64,000 nucleotides of DNA from Amphiscolops sp. MND2022. Taxonomy: Eukaryota. Within the stretch, counting starts at the first letter, position 1. The number at the start of each line of letters is the position of its first letter. The DNA lies in assembly GCA_964187785.1 (NCBI GenBank), contig OZ076410.1, positions 310,001-374,000 of the forward strand, written 5' to 3'. Positions 50,201 through 63,622 of the stretch are shown one piece after another. Both the position numbers and the translations under genes were made by a program. The notes under the pieces were generated by a model. The model saw nothing but the letters and a program-made list of their open reading frames with translations, had not been told where the DNA came from and searched no databases.

Positions 50201-52850
50201 GCCCATTCTTGGAACGCATAGGGCCTTGGACTGAAATTAGGGTATTTTCCCACAATACTTTTAGGCACTTTTTCCATAATTAAATACCATAATTTCCATA
50301 ATTTTAGGTTTAATTCTCTACTCACTTAATTCCAGGACTTATTTCAGTGATATCGTAAAATATTGCAGTGATTTTATTTGGCACTTTCAGCTAACTGTTT
50401 TTAAAAAAACGGAGACACGACCCCCTCTTTTTGACTACAATTTTTGGCCATTCAGCTTCCTCTCAAAGTGAATTTTCTCGTCAAATACGAAGCTGAAAAC
50501 TGAACTGAGAAAAATGGTCATCTTTAAAAACTTTGCGTGACACTTTTGTCAAGTTGTTCGAAACCCATTCGGGCCCAAACGCACTTAAAGTCAGCCCGAA
50601 CATGAATTGATTTCATGTCGCTTTTCTCAACTCGGCTTTTTTCTGTTCCCGTCCCCACCACCAAAATTTTTGAAAGTAAGTTTCCCTAAAAACTCTAGAC
50701 TAGCCTATTTAAAAGTAAAACCTTCTTTCATAACGGGAAGTTACCGTCTATTAGAACAGTTTTTTGCTTGAACAAAACACTTTTCACACACTTTAACTGT
50801 GATCATGTGATCATTAAGTGTTTATTTGTGACTCAAAACAGGAAGCTGTGGATTTCTTCATCAAAAATGCGTGACTACTTATTGAAAAAGTGTGAACAAA
50901 GTTTGTATCTGAATCCTAATTTGTCACCTGAGAATAAATTTCAAATTGAACCTTTCTGGTTGGTATTCAAGTCTTTTTGTTGAAGGATTTTCATTAATTT
51001 CCCAAAAAAATTGATGTTGGGGGGGTATTACAGAAAAGAGCCATCTCGGCTCTATCACTGTGCGAATGTTGGCACCAAATTTGGAAGAACTTTTCAAACG
51101 GAGGTGTAATAACGGGGGTGTCATTATTAGCACCATCATTTCCTAATACTTCCTTTTTGGTCACGAGTTACCTCAATTGAGCTCCGCGTACCTTCTTGAT
51201 TGATTGCCGCCACATCCGGCATACACATTACAAGTCCATCAAAAGTGTTGGAAGTTGAAGCAAGGCAGCAAAATTGAAAATGACCCGATTGTTCATTCCT
51301 CATTATGTCCGTCATTTGTTTCTCTGACAAATCATCGTTCTCTAGATTTGCTGTCTTCGTTCCCAGGTCAGCCATTTGTGAAATCATACTATTTGCGAGT
51401 TGCATAACAAGTTGTAGCTTCCCAGAACAGGAGTTTATTACACATTGAATATGATCTCAGTCTGAATTGAATGCTAAGGATGTCGGTAACTTTAGCCGCT
51501 CGGTAATATAACCGAATGGTAATATAGAAGAAATTACATGCATTCCCTGGGTGAAACTTCTTGAACTTTTTGCATGTACTTTAATGTTGCCAGCAACTTT
51601 TATTATGATTTTCTAAAACTCTTAAGGAAACTTTAATGCAAAAATATTTACCTGTTGTATTCGACTTTTATCAAGCTGCTTGAAAGATTCATCAAAGTTT
51701 TGGCGGCAATTTTAAGCCTTGAAGTTTTGCAGGTTTCATTAAGAAGCAGTTCTAATTTTGAAAGCAAATAAATTGCTCTCAGTTCAACAGCCATTTTAAT
51801 GCAAAATAACTTCAGTCACGTAATAAACTGCAAAGTAGCGTCATGTTTAGCGTCCTATTTGAAAAACGGTGATCACATCAGATGAGTTGTTGAGAAAACA
51901 AAGTGTAAATACAAAGTGGTCGTGTCGGTGATGGCGTTGTATTTATTTTCAAATTTAATTGCAGTAGTGGAAAATGCAGTGTAATTCTACAAGATTTACC
52001 GCCTGAAATGTCACTGAATTTTCTAGGTTTTATAAAAAATTACCCTGCATGCAGGCCTGCAGCATGTAAAAAGTTACTGCAGTCTCAACTAAGGTTGACT
52101 TTCATTTACTCTGGTCGACAGGACAGTGATCTTTAAATGATGAAACTATATATAACTTTGCAACCGAATAATCGCACTTTAGAATTCAATTCGTGGACCA
52201 TGTGTTCAATAAGCCCCCCCCCTCAGGTACATCTTATTGGGAATTACCCCCCCCCCCCCCAACACGAAAGAACATTTTGTTCTTGAATAAAACTATTTAA
52301 CTAATAAGAGAATATGCGAATATGAGAATATTATATGAATGTAAATACTTGAGGGTAGAGGATTGTCTCTAGAACTGTTTTGACACTTCAGGCAAAAAAA
52401 ATTACCCCTAATTTTTTGATATTATTGTCCAAAAAAGCAAACGTTCACTGTTGGAACAAGATATGGACCTCTTTCACTATATCCCCCCCTACAGCAAAAA
52501 GGGGGGACATAGTGAAACGCTATTAAATACATGTATTGCACATTCTAATAGCGCAGATCTGCTCTTATCTAACAACGCTTCTGATTGGCTGAGTGGGGAT
52601 TTTGATAATAAGAACCAATAAAAAGTGTCGTTAGTTATGACGAGATCAATTGATTGACAGAATATCATGAGATTAGCCAATAGAAGATAAATATAAATGA
52701 GCCACAAACATTCTTTCTCTCTAGGGGGGACATAGTGTAACGAGTGATATAGGGGGGGTGGTGGACATAGTGAAAGAGATTCCAAGATATATGAGTATAA
52801 AAAGGCCCCCATTTCAACGCAAATTTTCTCTGTGATAGAACCTAATGAGC

Positions 52851-53257
52851 GGGGACTGTTCATTTCTTCGAACATTCAATTCGTCGAACGCGTATTAATT
52901 TAGCGAGCATAGCAATTGACGTAATGGAATGAATTGAATTCGGCCAATCAATTTTGAGCATTCAAAATTACGATAACGTAGTCAGCTATGTTCTCGTACT
53001 TCTAGTGCCCTAAATGCAGGAGCGAAGCGAAGCGGAGCGACGTGCCATATGGTCATGCCTCAATATTGCTACTTGGCGAAGGAAGCGGAGCGACTGAGCC
53101 ATACAACAAATATGCTAATCGTCACAAAATATATCCAAATGAAAATAATCGCTGAAATGGAATTCTTTCGGCGCATTGAATAGCTTTTCATTTTTCGACG
53201 ATTTGAAGATTTGACGAATTGTTAACGTCTAAATGTTAGACGAATTGAAGTTGCACC
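52851..53257. mobile_element. MITE family A, short copy (opposite orientation to 1437-2307)
   Basis: TSD CTAATGAGC at 52842-52850 and 53258-53266. Empty site CTAAGGAGC at 49355-49363. Confidence 0.9.
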
Positions 53258-53777
53258 CTAATGAGCAACTTTTAACTGACAGTCAATGTAATGGATAGGA
53301 TTATGTCGACATCAATAATTCTATTGGACCAAAATTTCAACGCAAACGATGTCGACATAATGGCATTTGAACCTTGTGCCTTATTTCCTCCCTGCGACCA
53401 CTTGGGGGCGGGGGCACGGGAATGGATCACATGGTCCCAATTCGTTTCTGCTATAAATTGTTTCTGCATTATCATCGAGCGGCTATACTTTCTATCAGCA
53501 AGGAGTATAGCTAATACCCAGAACTTGTCCGAAAGCTGGCAAGTTGAAGTTGCGCTATGATCTAAGCGTTCGACCGGTTCCTTCAGTTTATTTCTACTTG
53601 AACTTTTCTGCAGTCAAGAGTTCATTGGGAGAATTAGGGCTAGCTAATAATCTCGGTCAGATTCTGAGCAATTTCGAAGTCAATGTATTCGTGAAGTTTT
53701 GTCGAGGCTACCAATAATAAATTTCACATTTGGTGAGAGAACTTTCTTGTTATTGCGTTTTCTTTTAATACTTCTGT

Positions 53778-56700
53778 TGTTGTAACTTTATGGTACAAGA
53801 ATTTACTTTCTATCAAGACTGTATTTTATCTCAAAGCTATTGTTTCTCAACGAACTTTAGTATGATAAAGATAATACAGTATAGGCAGGTACTTCAGACT
53901 AATTAAATAACAATAAGAACAATAGTGTCTGAGATATAAAGTTTGTCCTCTAGCTTATTCAGCTATGCCACATTCCCCCCTCTTTGATTGGAAGTAGCTT
54001 AGCCAATGGGGAGTGTGTTTTCTATTGTTGAGGCGGTCTTCCGTCCAAAGCTGTTGTTGTTCACGGTGTTCCGTGTACTTCCTTCTTTTGTGGTCCGGTT
54101 GTCAGGATGTTCTTCCGGAGCGGTCCATTTAGTTTGTTGGGTTAGTTGTTGTCCATATTGTCCTCGGTGTCCGGTGTGTTTTCCCGGCCATTCAGTCTTT
54201 TGACGGTGTTTCCTATAATCAGAAGGTACTGGATTATTAAGCCTGATTATTGGGTTGGTTTTTGTCAAGCGGTTCGATCTACGTAAATTATGTTCTTTTG
54301 TTTCTTGTTCAATTTCGGTACTTGAGCTGAGATTGCTAAGTAATTCTAGTTCTGAGGTGTCTTGTTCGGTATAACTATTTTCTACATTGTCTTCTTCCCC
54401 TCCTTTGGGGGATTGGTAGTTATTTTGAATTACCTTACCGTTATTGTCTTTGAGGTGTAGTTCTGTGTTTGCCCTTCTGGCATCCTCAATGACACGGTCT
54501 ATTTCCGCGTCCGTCATGTTCTCCGTTACTACTGTTAACGGTCCAATGTTTGATTGTTGTTCCGGGTTGGTGTGAGTTTCTCCCGGAGAGCCAGAGTTTT
54601 GGCGGTTTCTGACTAGCTTTGGTCGTCCCCTGCCAATTGTGCTGTGTTTTGGGGGCGGTGTTGTGTGCTCTCCAAATGTTGTAGTTGCTGTGGCGGTCAC
54701 TACCGGTGAGGCTTCTCCATGGTCGCTGTCTGAGTCTGGGACATTGACTATCCTCGGTGATTTGGTAAAGCGGCCATCTGGTCCTCGTGGTCCGATGCCC
54801 CGATTGGTGTTGTTTTCCTGTACAATTTCAGAAATGGGTTTAATAATATGTTTTCTGTGCAAGATTTTATTATCCGACGTTGTTATTGTATGTTTGGTGC
54901 CCGATATGGCTGTCTGTGTTTTATCGGAATATGCACTTTCAAACTTCGGTTTATTTATTTTCTTTTCAAAGAAAAGGAACGGATATTTACTAACTCCTTT
55001 TTCTCCTTTCTTCTGCTTCATCGGTAGTTGGTCGGAGGCACCGCCAGCTCCGCTGAATGAGTACACCTGTAAGGTGTCTGGTTTTGCTGAAATACAACTT
55101 TTTGTAATAGACTTTAAAGCGTCTAGGTTTAACATATTGCTTATTTCCGTGTTCGGTTCGCGTTCGTAGTGTAGCTCAAATGCTGACCTTTTTAATCTCG
55201 TATGGGGTGTTTTCCGCATGATTTCCAGAGCTATGTCTAAAGCTTTACCGAATTTCTCTCCGGCCTTGATATTGGTTAGTAATGTTTCTTTCAATATTCT
55301 TACGCCGCGTTCAACCAATCCTGTCGGTGTATGGATATACGGTGTCCCGTATATTAATTTTATCTGGTGAGTTTTGCAAAAGTCTCCAAATGTACGGCCC
55401 GTGAACGCGGTAGCTTTATCCGTTCTAATGGTTTTCGGGATGCCGTTCAGATTTATGTACTGTTCTAGGAATTTAGTCGCCGTTTGTCCGTCCGTGGTTT
55501 TACATAAGCTGGCTGCGGGTCATTTGCTAAATCGGTCCATTGAAAGTAAAATGTAGAATTTTTGGTTCTTTTCGCTTATGGGGCCGATGAAATCCATTTG
55601 GATTTCTTCGTTCGGTTTATTTACGGTTGGTAATTGACTTACTTCCGTACTAGAGATGTTAGGTTTAATGCTCTTACCGGACATTTTGCACGGTACACAG
55701 CCGTCGCACTTTTTCTGGATAGCTTCCGTCAACTTTGGCCACCAGAAGTGTCTCGCTGCCATCGACATCTTGTTAATGGCGGGGTGTCCCTTGTGAAGGA
55801 GGCTAATTATTGTGTTCCGTAGGTTCTTCGGGACAATTATTCTATCTTCGAAGAATTCCAATCCGTATCTGGTGGAGAGCTTTTTCTTGTACATGGTGTA
55901 TTCCTCGGGCATGTTGTCATGTTGCTGGCGTTCCAGACATACCAGCGTTTTTAGGAGGCTAGGGTCGTTTGTGGTCTCCGACATAAGTAACTGGAGATCT
56001 GTGGAGAAATTCTTTTCAGTTTCTCTGACGGCGTTCCCCAGGTCCCAACTGTTTTGTTCCTCTGAGTCTACTCTGGGAGCGTGGCCCATCTTTATGTACT
56101 GGACGCTTTTGACGTCCACGTATTTGGCCCAATTGATGGCCGGAACTTCTAGGACGGACGGGTCCTGATCGGTATCTGATCCGATTTCGCCTTCTTCCAT
56201 TGGGGCGTACAGTGTGATCGGAGATGATGTCCCGGGTTGCTCTTGTGGTCGCTGTGGGCGATCTAGTTCCCAGAATGGGTCAAAGGTCCATTGTTCATTT
56301 AGCCGTTGTTGTGGCTGAAATCCCTGCGGTTGTTGTTGTTGTCCCGGTAAGTTTTGTATGGCTAATTGTAGGCGTTCTTCTATCTATTATTTTCCGTTCG
56401 TTCCGGAGAAATTTTGGCTCGTGGTATTTCTTCCAACGGCCACCGGATTGTCTGTAAATGCCCGGTTTTACTATGTCTCTCCATCGGGCTATCAGTTGTC
56501 TGGTTTCTGCAGACGAGTCTGCGGCTTCAAGGTTATCTATGGTTCTAGCGTCCATAGTTAAGTTGTTCGAATTTGTGATAGAATTGATGCAACTTTCTGG
56601 CGGTCGATTAAGGCAAGCAATGGCAGTTTGTTCACGCGTTTTGGAATGTTTCGATTCACTAATCCGAGTCGCGTCGTGTGATTGGTTAAAGTGGTTGCTA

Positions 56701-59621
56701 TGGCAACCGTATTTGACTACGAATTTGTAGTGCGGGACGATGTTGTTGATTACGTATTCTTCGTCGTATGCGTCATCCGCTTGCGGTGGTGCTGACGGAT
56801 TACGACTGAGATAATCCGTGAGCGCTAAGTGTTTACCATCAATATGGCTTACGTTGATTGAAAAGTGAGCTAATCGGTCGAGCCATCTAGTTAGCCGTGC
56901 GCTGTATGTTTTGTTTGAACGGTTTCGTTTAATTAATGGTTCTAGAGCTTGGTGATCCGTAAGTAATTTTATCGGTTTTCCGTATATGTATAAACGGAAG
57001 TGTTCAAGCCCCCATACCACCGCTAATAGCTCCAGTTCGTTAATGGCGTATTTCTTTTCCGTGTCTGAAAGAAAGCGACTGGCAAATCCGATCGGTTTTA
57101 GTTTACCGTCCGGTTGTTCTTGCCATAGTGTAGCCCCAAGGCCTTTTGTGCTGGCGTCTGTGGTGATTATGTTTGGGTAATTAGAATTGTAGTGCGCCAG
57201 ACACGGTATTTCCGTGATTTTTTGTTTTAAATTTTCGAATGCTTCCGTGTGTTCCTCGGTCCAAATCCAGTCATTATCCTTTTTTAGCAGTTGTCTTAAA
57301 ACGTCCGTTTGTGCTGAGAGATTTTCTTTGTACTTTGACAAATATTGGATTGCTCCGAGGAATGATTTAAGTTCCTTTTCATTCTCCGGTTTCTTCAAGT
57401 TTTTAATCGCCAGTAACTTGTCCTGTAACGGTCTAATTCCGTTTTGCTCAATTTTATGTCCAATCCATTCAATTTCGGTTTTGAACAGCTCCGATTTGCT
57501 TTCGCTCAGTCTGTAACCGGCGTTTTCCAGTTTTGATAGTACGTCGGTTAATTCCTCCAAATGTTTTTGTTTGGAGCCTTTTGTTACGACTATGATGTCG
57601 TCTAGCCATGCTGGGTGTTTGTTTTCCAGTGTTTGGTCAATTTTCTCTTGGAATATCGTCGGGATGTCGGCTAGCCCGTAAAAGCCTTTTAAAAATCGGT
57701 AATAACCGGTAAAGTTTCCCCCGGTTACTGCGAAGATACATAAGTCCATTGCCTTTTTTGATAATCTAAGTTGACCGTATGCATAATCTAAATCGAACTT
57801 CGAGATCCAGATTTCGTCCGCCGGTCCGTCTGCAATTTTTCTGGAGATTCTTGATATTAATTCCTCCATATTGGGCATTTGTGCCTTTCTTTTATTGTTA
57901 TTTCGTTTAGTTTTCTTGAGTCCAGTGCAATTTTTACCGACTTGTCTTTTTTATGGTGATTACCGCTGGGCTTACGAAACAATTTTCGTCAATATTTTCA
58001 GCTTTTTCGATGTGGCCCAATTTTTTCAATTTTTCGATTTCTTTACCCACTGCTTGTTGCAAATGGATAGGAAAGGGTCTACCTTTTTGTTGGATTAGTT
58101 TTGCGTCGTCTTTTAATTGTATATCAACTTCCACGTTTTCTACCGTGTGGTTTGTTGAAAATAATTTGTGGAACTTACTTTTCAGTGCTGTTATTTCACG
58201 TTCCGAGTTGCGGCTGATTTGGTTCGGTTTGTCGGTGATGTGTTTTATTGTTTGGGTGTTATTGTCCGTGATCAGTGTGATTCCGAGTTTTTCCATCCAG
58301 TCTAATCCGAGTAGTGGGTGTGTTTGTTTAGTTGTTACCAGTAATTCCAGTTGTCTCTCTTTACCATCTATTCTTATGTTGGCGGTTGTTTTCCCTTCAA
58401 ATTTTATTTTGTTGTCGTTCACGTCCCGGTAGTCTGTAGTTACCGGCTTCATTGTTGTAATATTGTTGAATTTTGATTTTGGAATTAGAGTTATTGGTGA
58501 GCCTGTATCAACGATGAATTTGATTGGTCGGTTATTGACCAATAACGTTTTGGTGTAGAACGGTAGTCCGTTCTTACTTCCATTGCCCAGTGAGTTGATT
58601 TTTTGTTGAATTGAGTGTATTCTGTCTGGTGTCCACTCGTCTTCGTCTGTTTCTGGAGATTCATTTAGTTTTTCATACATGTACTCATGTATTGCCTCTG
58701 TGATAGCCTCCACTGACATGTCACTTTTTCTAATTTTCTTTTTTAATTCGTAGTCGCCTGTGGATTTCCCGATGAGCGATAAGAATTTTGAGGCCAAGAG
58801 TTCGGCTGCCGTAATGGTTTCGAACTCGCAGTTTTTTTCCACCTCCAGTTTTCTCTTCCAGACGTCTGCGGCCGTTTCGTTTGATTCTCTTTTCAAATCG
58901 AAAAAATCGGCCCTGCTGTGTTGCACGTTCCGTTCTGGAGTGAAATGTAGTCGGAATAGGCTGTATAGTCTATGTAACGGTAGAGTGTTGGGTTCTCGTT
59001 CTCTCACCGTTTTTGTCATTTCTGATAGGGCACTTTGTCCAATTGCCCAAAGAAACGTGTCTTTGATTTCTAGTTCCAGTTGATCGCGGAATTGTGGCAG
59101 GATTTCTTTTGGATTTACCATTTGTGATAAATCGATGTCTTTTGTCATTTTAATATATTGGACAAATTTTCGCCACCACAAATTTGCGCTGGAGCTGTCG
59201 TGTTTTTCTATGCTGGGAATGGTCAATTTCTGGGTACATGTCCGTTCTCCCGCTCTTGTTGTTGTTTCATTGGGTATCAACTGGCTGCTGGATGATTGAT
59301 CGGTTGCCCGGTCATGCTGTTCCCCCATTGGACGGGTGGTGTTCGTGTCTTCCATTCTTTGGTAATTGATGGGCTGATCACGAATGTTTATGGTGAATGT
59401 CAGTTATACTGACACTGACTGCGCCATGTTGTAACTTTATGGTACAAGAATTTACTTTTTATCAAGACTGTATTTTATCTCAAAGCTATTGTTTCTCAAC
59501 GAACTTTAGTATGATAAAGATAATACAGTATAGGCAGGTACTTCAGACTAATTAAATAACAATAAGAACAATAGTGTCTGAGATATAAAGTTTGTCCTCT
59601 AGCTTATTCAGCTATGCCACA
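53778..59621 (-). mobile_element. Ty3/Gypsy LTR retrotransposon with both LTRs, 5-bp TSD TCTGT
   Basis: 195-bp LTRs (53778-53972, 59427-59621) differing by 1 substitution. TSD at 53773-53777 and 59622-59626. PBS TGGCGCAGTC on - after the 5' LTR; PPT CAAAGAGGGGGGAA before the 3' LTR. Confidence 0.97.
53999..59355 (-). pseudogene. Gypsy gag-pol polyprotein, disrupted
   Basis: Gag; protease FIVDTGS; RT SKFDLDYAY and WLDDII; RNase H TTDAS, NELELLAV, TDHQAL; integrase HKGH/CDGC, MDFIGP, RTDKATAF, GLVERGV. Frameshifts near 57945 and ~56380; TGA stop at 55520. Confidence 0.93.
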
Positions 59622-59674
59622 TCTGTACAAGTAATCGGGTTCTGTGAATAACATCAAATTAGCTGGTGCAAGAA

Positions 59675-60125
59675 ACAAGACGGGAACGTCTAAAGTCGGC
59701 GCCATATCTAAAGCTCAAAAAGCTCAGGTTTGAAATATGCGTAGGACGTTTTCATGAAAAACTCCTGTTTTCGGACCTCTGCCCTCTCCTTACAAAAACG
59801 CAAAATAGTTCGGATATAACGTCAAAAGTTCGGACATAGCGTTTTACTCTGGATATTACGAGCGCGGACATCAATAAAGGGGGGACCCTTTAAAGACAAA
59901 TTTTTTTTCGAAAAAAGTCTCACAGCGCCGAAAAAAATGAAAGGAAGGCCTTTTAGTGTCATCCGAATTTGTATGTTACGTTTAAAAAGTAAAAACTGAA
60001 AGGGGGACCCTTTGCGGTAGCTTAGATGCGTTTCCCAGGTATTCGTTGAACAAACTGAACAAAAGTTTCGTCGCAAAGAGTCCGTCTTGAAAAAAAACGA
60101 GCAAAATAAAAAGCGCCGACTAAAA
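59675..60125 (+). mobile_element. ACAAG family copy
   Basis: ACAAGACGGGAACGTCTAAAGTCGGCGCCATATCTAAAGCTCAAAA start; end AAAGCGCCGACTAAAAA. Confidence 0.75.
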
Positions 60126-63091
60126 ACACCGGGAGACGTTCCGTTTTTATCAGTAGACAAAAAGAATTACTTCCAGTTTTTACCCAACCTATCAAGTTAC
60201 AACCATATTGCAGCACCCAGAGATTTATACAAGTTAAAACATTTGGATAAACGTTGAATTGACCAAGTCAAGAAGTCTATTTGCAGATGATTGCGTTTTT
60301 TTTTCTCAAAAATCCATTCTCACTACAAGTCAAAGGAAACAGAAGAAACGATTTTGAGCCTGATTAGATAAAATGCCACAAAAGTACTGAAGCTTTCACG
60401 TAAATCTCTGTTTTGGTATATTATTAATATTATAATCCATTTTCCTGGATTTTTTCCCGGTAAGACTGACTGTCCTTGGAATTTCATCCACTGCTGGAGA
60501 CATCCAATAGTTGGCTTCTTCTTGTTTGAACAGGAAATTGCCCACAGCCTTAAATGTCGCAATGCTCATTAAGGACCAACGGGCATCTTTTCCGCCGAAA
60601 TGTTTCGAAGTTGTAGACTTGTGTTATTGGAATGTGCGAGTCAAATGCCCTTCCATTATTTCCATTCCCATATCCTGACTGTTCAAAGTGTAGAGCCACC
60701 ACCGCAGCAGTAGTCTCAATGCCTGTAGCCTCAAAGCTACCTGGAACATTTCGACATTTTCATGAGGAGACACGTCGAATGTGTCAGAATTGTCTAACAT
60801 TCTCCCTGCAAGTTCGAGTTCGCTTGTTGGAGGAATCAGTGGAAAAGTTTGATTTGTAATTCCCACATCATGCTTCCTTGCTGAATAGGCGACACTGAAA
60901 AACAAGATCGGAAGCCTTACAATAAATTGCCATGAGTTGTCTTCACAAATTATAGAGTTTTGGTTCAGCAAAAAACTCTCCCGAAAACTCCGAGTCGACA
61001 GAAGCTCAATTTTTGTCCGCTTTTCTAAATGGCGCCGTCATTCTGTGACCTCTTGTGTAGTTTTGTTGTAAATCACGTTGTAGTGAACAGTGTTGTTCCA
61101 CAAAATTCGACATTTTGGGACCCTACACCGAATTTCCATCCAACGGTTTACTGAACCAAAGATATTACTATTGAACGTTGAGACTTTAGAAGCAGTAACA
61201 AAAACGCGACGCCCGCTAAGCATTAAGATAACTTCCGCCCTGACCCATTTCTGCTACGACATATTCTTAGCATTCTTATCGCGAGCATTGCCAATAAACT
61301 ACGATTTTCCGAGACCCTTCGAAAGGAGTGGGGAATATCGACAAGTTTCGATTCATTTGATACATGTTTTTCAGGAAAAAAACAAAAAGCATAATTCTCT
61401 ATGCAAGAGGATGCTGAGTAGCTACGTAAAATTTTGCTGAAAACCGTGAACAATCATACTTACAAAAAATCCGAAAACTAGACAATATACAGCAAATGTT
61501 TGAAAAAATCTTTTTGTTGTATTTGACTTTATCAAGCTGCTTGAAAATGGCATCATTAACTTGGCCGCAATTTGAAGCACCGAAGTTTCGAAGGATTCAT
61601 TAAGAAGCAGTTCTATTTGAAATGCAGCTAAGTTTTTATGACTTTCATAGCAAAAAATTTCCACAGTATAACGCAAAATAACTTCAGTCACTTTATCAAC
61701 AGCAATTCAGCGTGATCTAAATTGTGGTATTTGAAAAGTGGTGATTACATCGGACGAGTAGTTGAGAAATTAAAGTGTGGATACTGAGTGATCGTGTCGG
61801 TAATGAAGTGGAAAACATTTCCAGTTTTAAGTTTAATTTGAAACGTAATTACAAAATTTACGTCTGAAAGCTCACCGAATTTTCTAGGCATTATAATGTT
61901 TTACCCTGCATGCAGCGTGCAACTAGTTCCTACAGATTCGAGTAGTGTTGCCATTTTTTCTTGAAACTCCGAATTGTGAGGTTTTGTATCTTTTTTAGTC
62001 TGCGTTTTGTTTTCTTGGAAAGAACATACTATATTAGTCTTTTTAAAAAATTAATGTAATGAGTATCCACTATGTTCTAAGCCGATAACACCAGATATCC
62101 GGTAGTTGTTCAGAGGAGCAGTCCCATGTATCTTCATCGAAAACGCCTTAAAGCATTTCAAAAAAGATATATGCAGAAAATTCAATTATTAATGGATTAC
62201 CCGCATTTTACTACTTAGAGGGTATTGTCCTAGCACGAATCTCCTATTTCGCATCCACATGAAACGAGTTCGATCCCTGGATGAGCCAAATTGTTTCTCT
62301 CATCCTCATTAACTATCTGCAACAAAATTTAATTCGAATATAACGTTTTCTTCCCTCAAATAACGTTATCGAGTTTTTGACAACTTTTCACCTAAATCGC
62401 GTCTGATGAAAAGCTTTAGGGTCTGGTTTTTGGTACTATTGGACGTTTTTGGTCGTTTCAAGTTGAGCAATTGCTGGGAAAAACACATTTTTAACCTCAA
62501 TCACCAGAGCAATTTGTTTTAATTAGACTTGCAAATGTAGCCGGGACACCTGAATTGCCAAATTTGGGTTTTTTCGGCACTATCGGATTTTTTGCAATCG
62601 AAGTGCTTCCATGATTTTTAGCAGAAACGAAGCGTTTTGCGATTACAGTTACTTCAGAGCTTAGACGTTTTCGGAGGAAATGCATGAAAATCAGAAAAAA
62701 ATGGGTTTTTTGACCCACTATTTTTAGGTTTCGTGCGAGAAAAATCTTTTTCTGAGGTTTAAGGGTAACCTCTCTGGTTATTGTTTGGTCCTGTGGGACT
62801 GTTGAGAGGTTTCTCAATACTCAATAATGGTGGTGAAGCCCTACGGTTTTTTCGGCACTGTGGAATTTTTTCCGGAACTTTTTTTGTTTGTTCAAAGGGT
62901 ATCGCTCCTTCAATGTTTTCGGACTGAAAAAAAGTTTGGCGAAAAAGCGTTTTTTAGTCACTGTGAGAAGACTTTGTTCCGCCAGAAAAAAACTAAAAGT
63001 ATCAAGTTTGAAAAAAAACAGATCTTCAATGTTTTCAGTTGGGAAAAAGTGATTTAGGACTTCATAGGTGAACTTTCGGGTCTTTGCGAGT

Positions 63092-63245
63092 ACTGTAGTC
63101 TTGATAACTGTAGTCTTGATAACTGTAGTCTTGATAACTGTAGTCTTGATAACTGTAGTCTTGATAACATAGTTGATAACTGTAGTCTTGATAACTGTAG
63201 TCTTGATAACATAGTGGTCTTGATAACATAACTGTAGTCTTGATA
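63092..63245. repeat. 15-bp minisatellite (AACTGTAGTCTTGAT)n, about 9-10 units with interruptions
   Basis: Directly visible tandem units. Confidence 0.95.
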
Positions 63246-63551
63246 CAATAGTGTCCCTTTGTATATTCACAAAACTGGCAATCAATTTGTGAACCTTGAA
63301 CGTTCCCGACTTGTTTCTCCATCGTTTGATCCCCTGTTGACGACTAATCATGCAATTGAATCTTTGTTTGCTTTTATTTGATTTGGTGGTCATTTTCGAA
63401 GTACTGCAACTAGTGAATTACACAAGCAAAACTAGTTCTTTGAAAGAGTGATTCGTGTGGCATGTTGTAAAATGGACATATACAGGTTCCAACTGCAATG
63501 CAAGACGCCCGCTAAGCACCAGGATATTTTCCGCCTTTTCAAAAAAGTCAG

Positions 63552-63622
63552 GTGAATGCGAGATTCGAACCCACAATCTACTGCCTGATAGGCGGATGCA
63601 CTACCAACCGAGCCAAAGTAAC
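63552..63622 (-). ncRNA. tRNA-derived (Asp-like) SINE head or tRNA pseudogene
   Basis: Reverse complement: TTGGCTCGGTTGGTAG (A box), CCGCCTATCAGGC arm, GGGTTCGAATC (B box). Confidence 0.55.

Noticed and set aside
60323-60990. Decayed coding-like minus-strand region (GGKDARWSLMSIATFKAVGNFL...)
   Set aside because: Multiple frameshifts and no family recognised; needs TBLASTX.
63092-63245. ATCAAGACT shared between the 15-bp minisatellite (reverse complement) and the Gypsy LTR
   Set aside because: A 9-10 bp match in AT-rich DNA is expected by chance.
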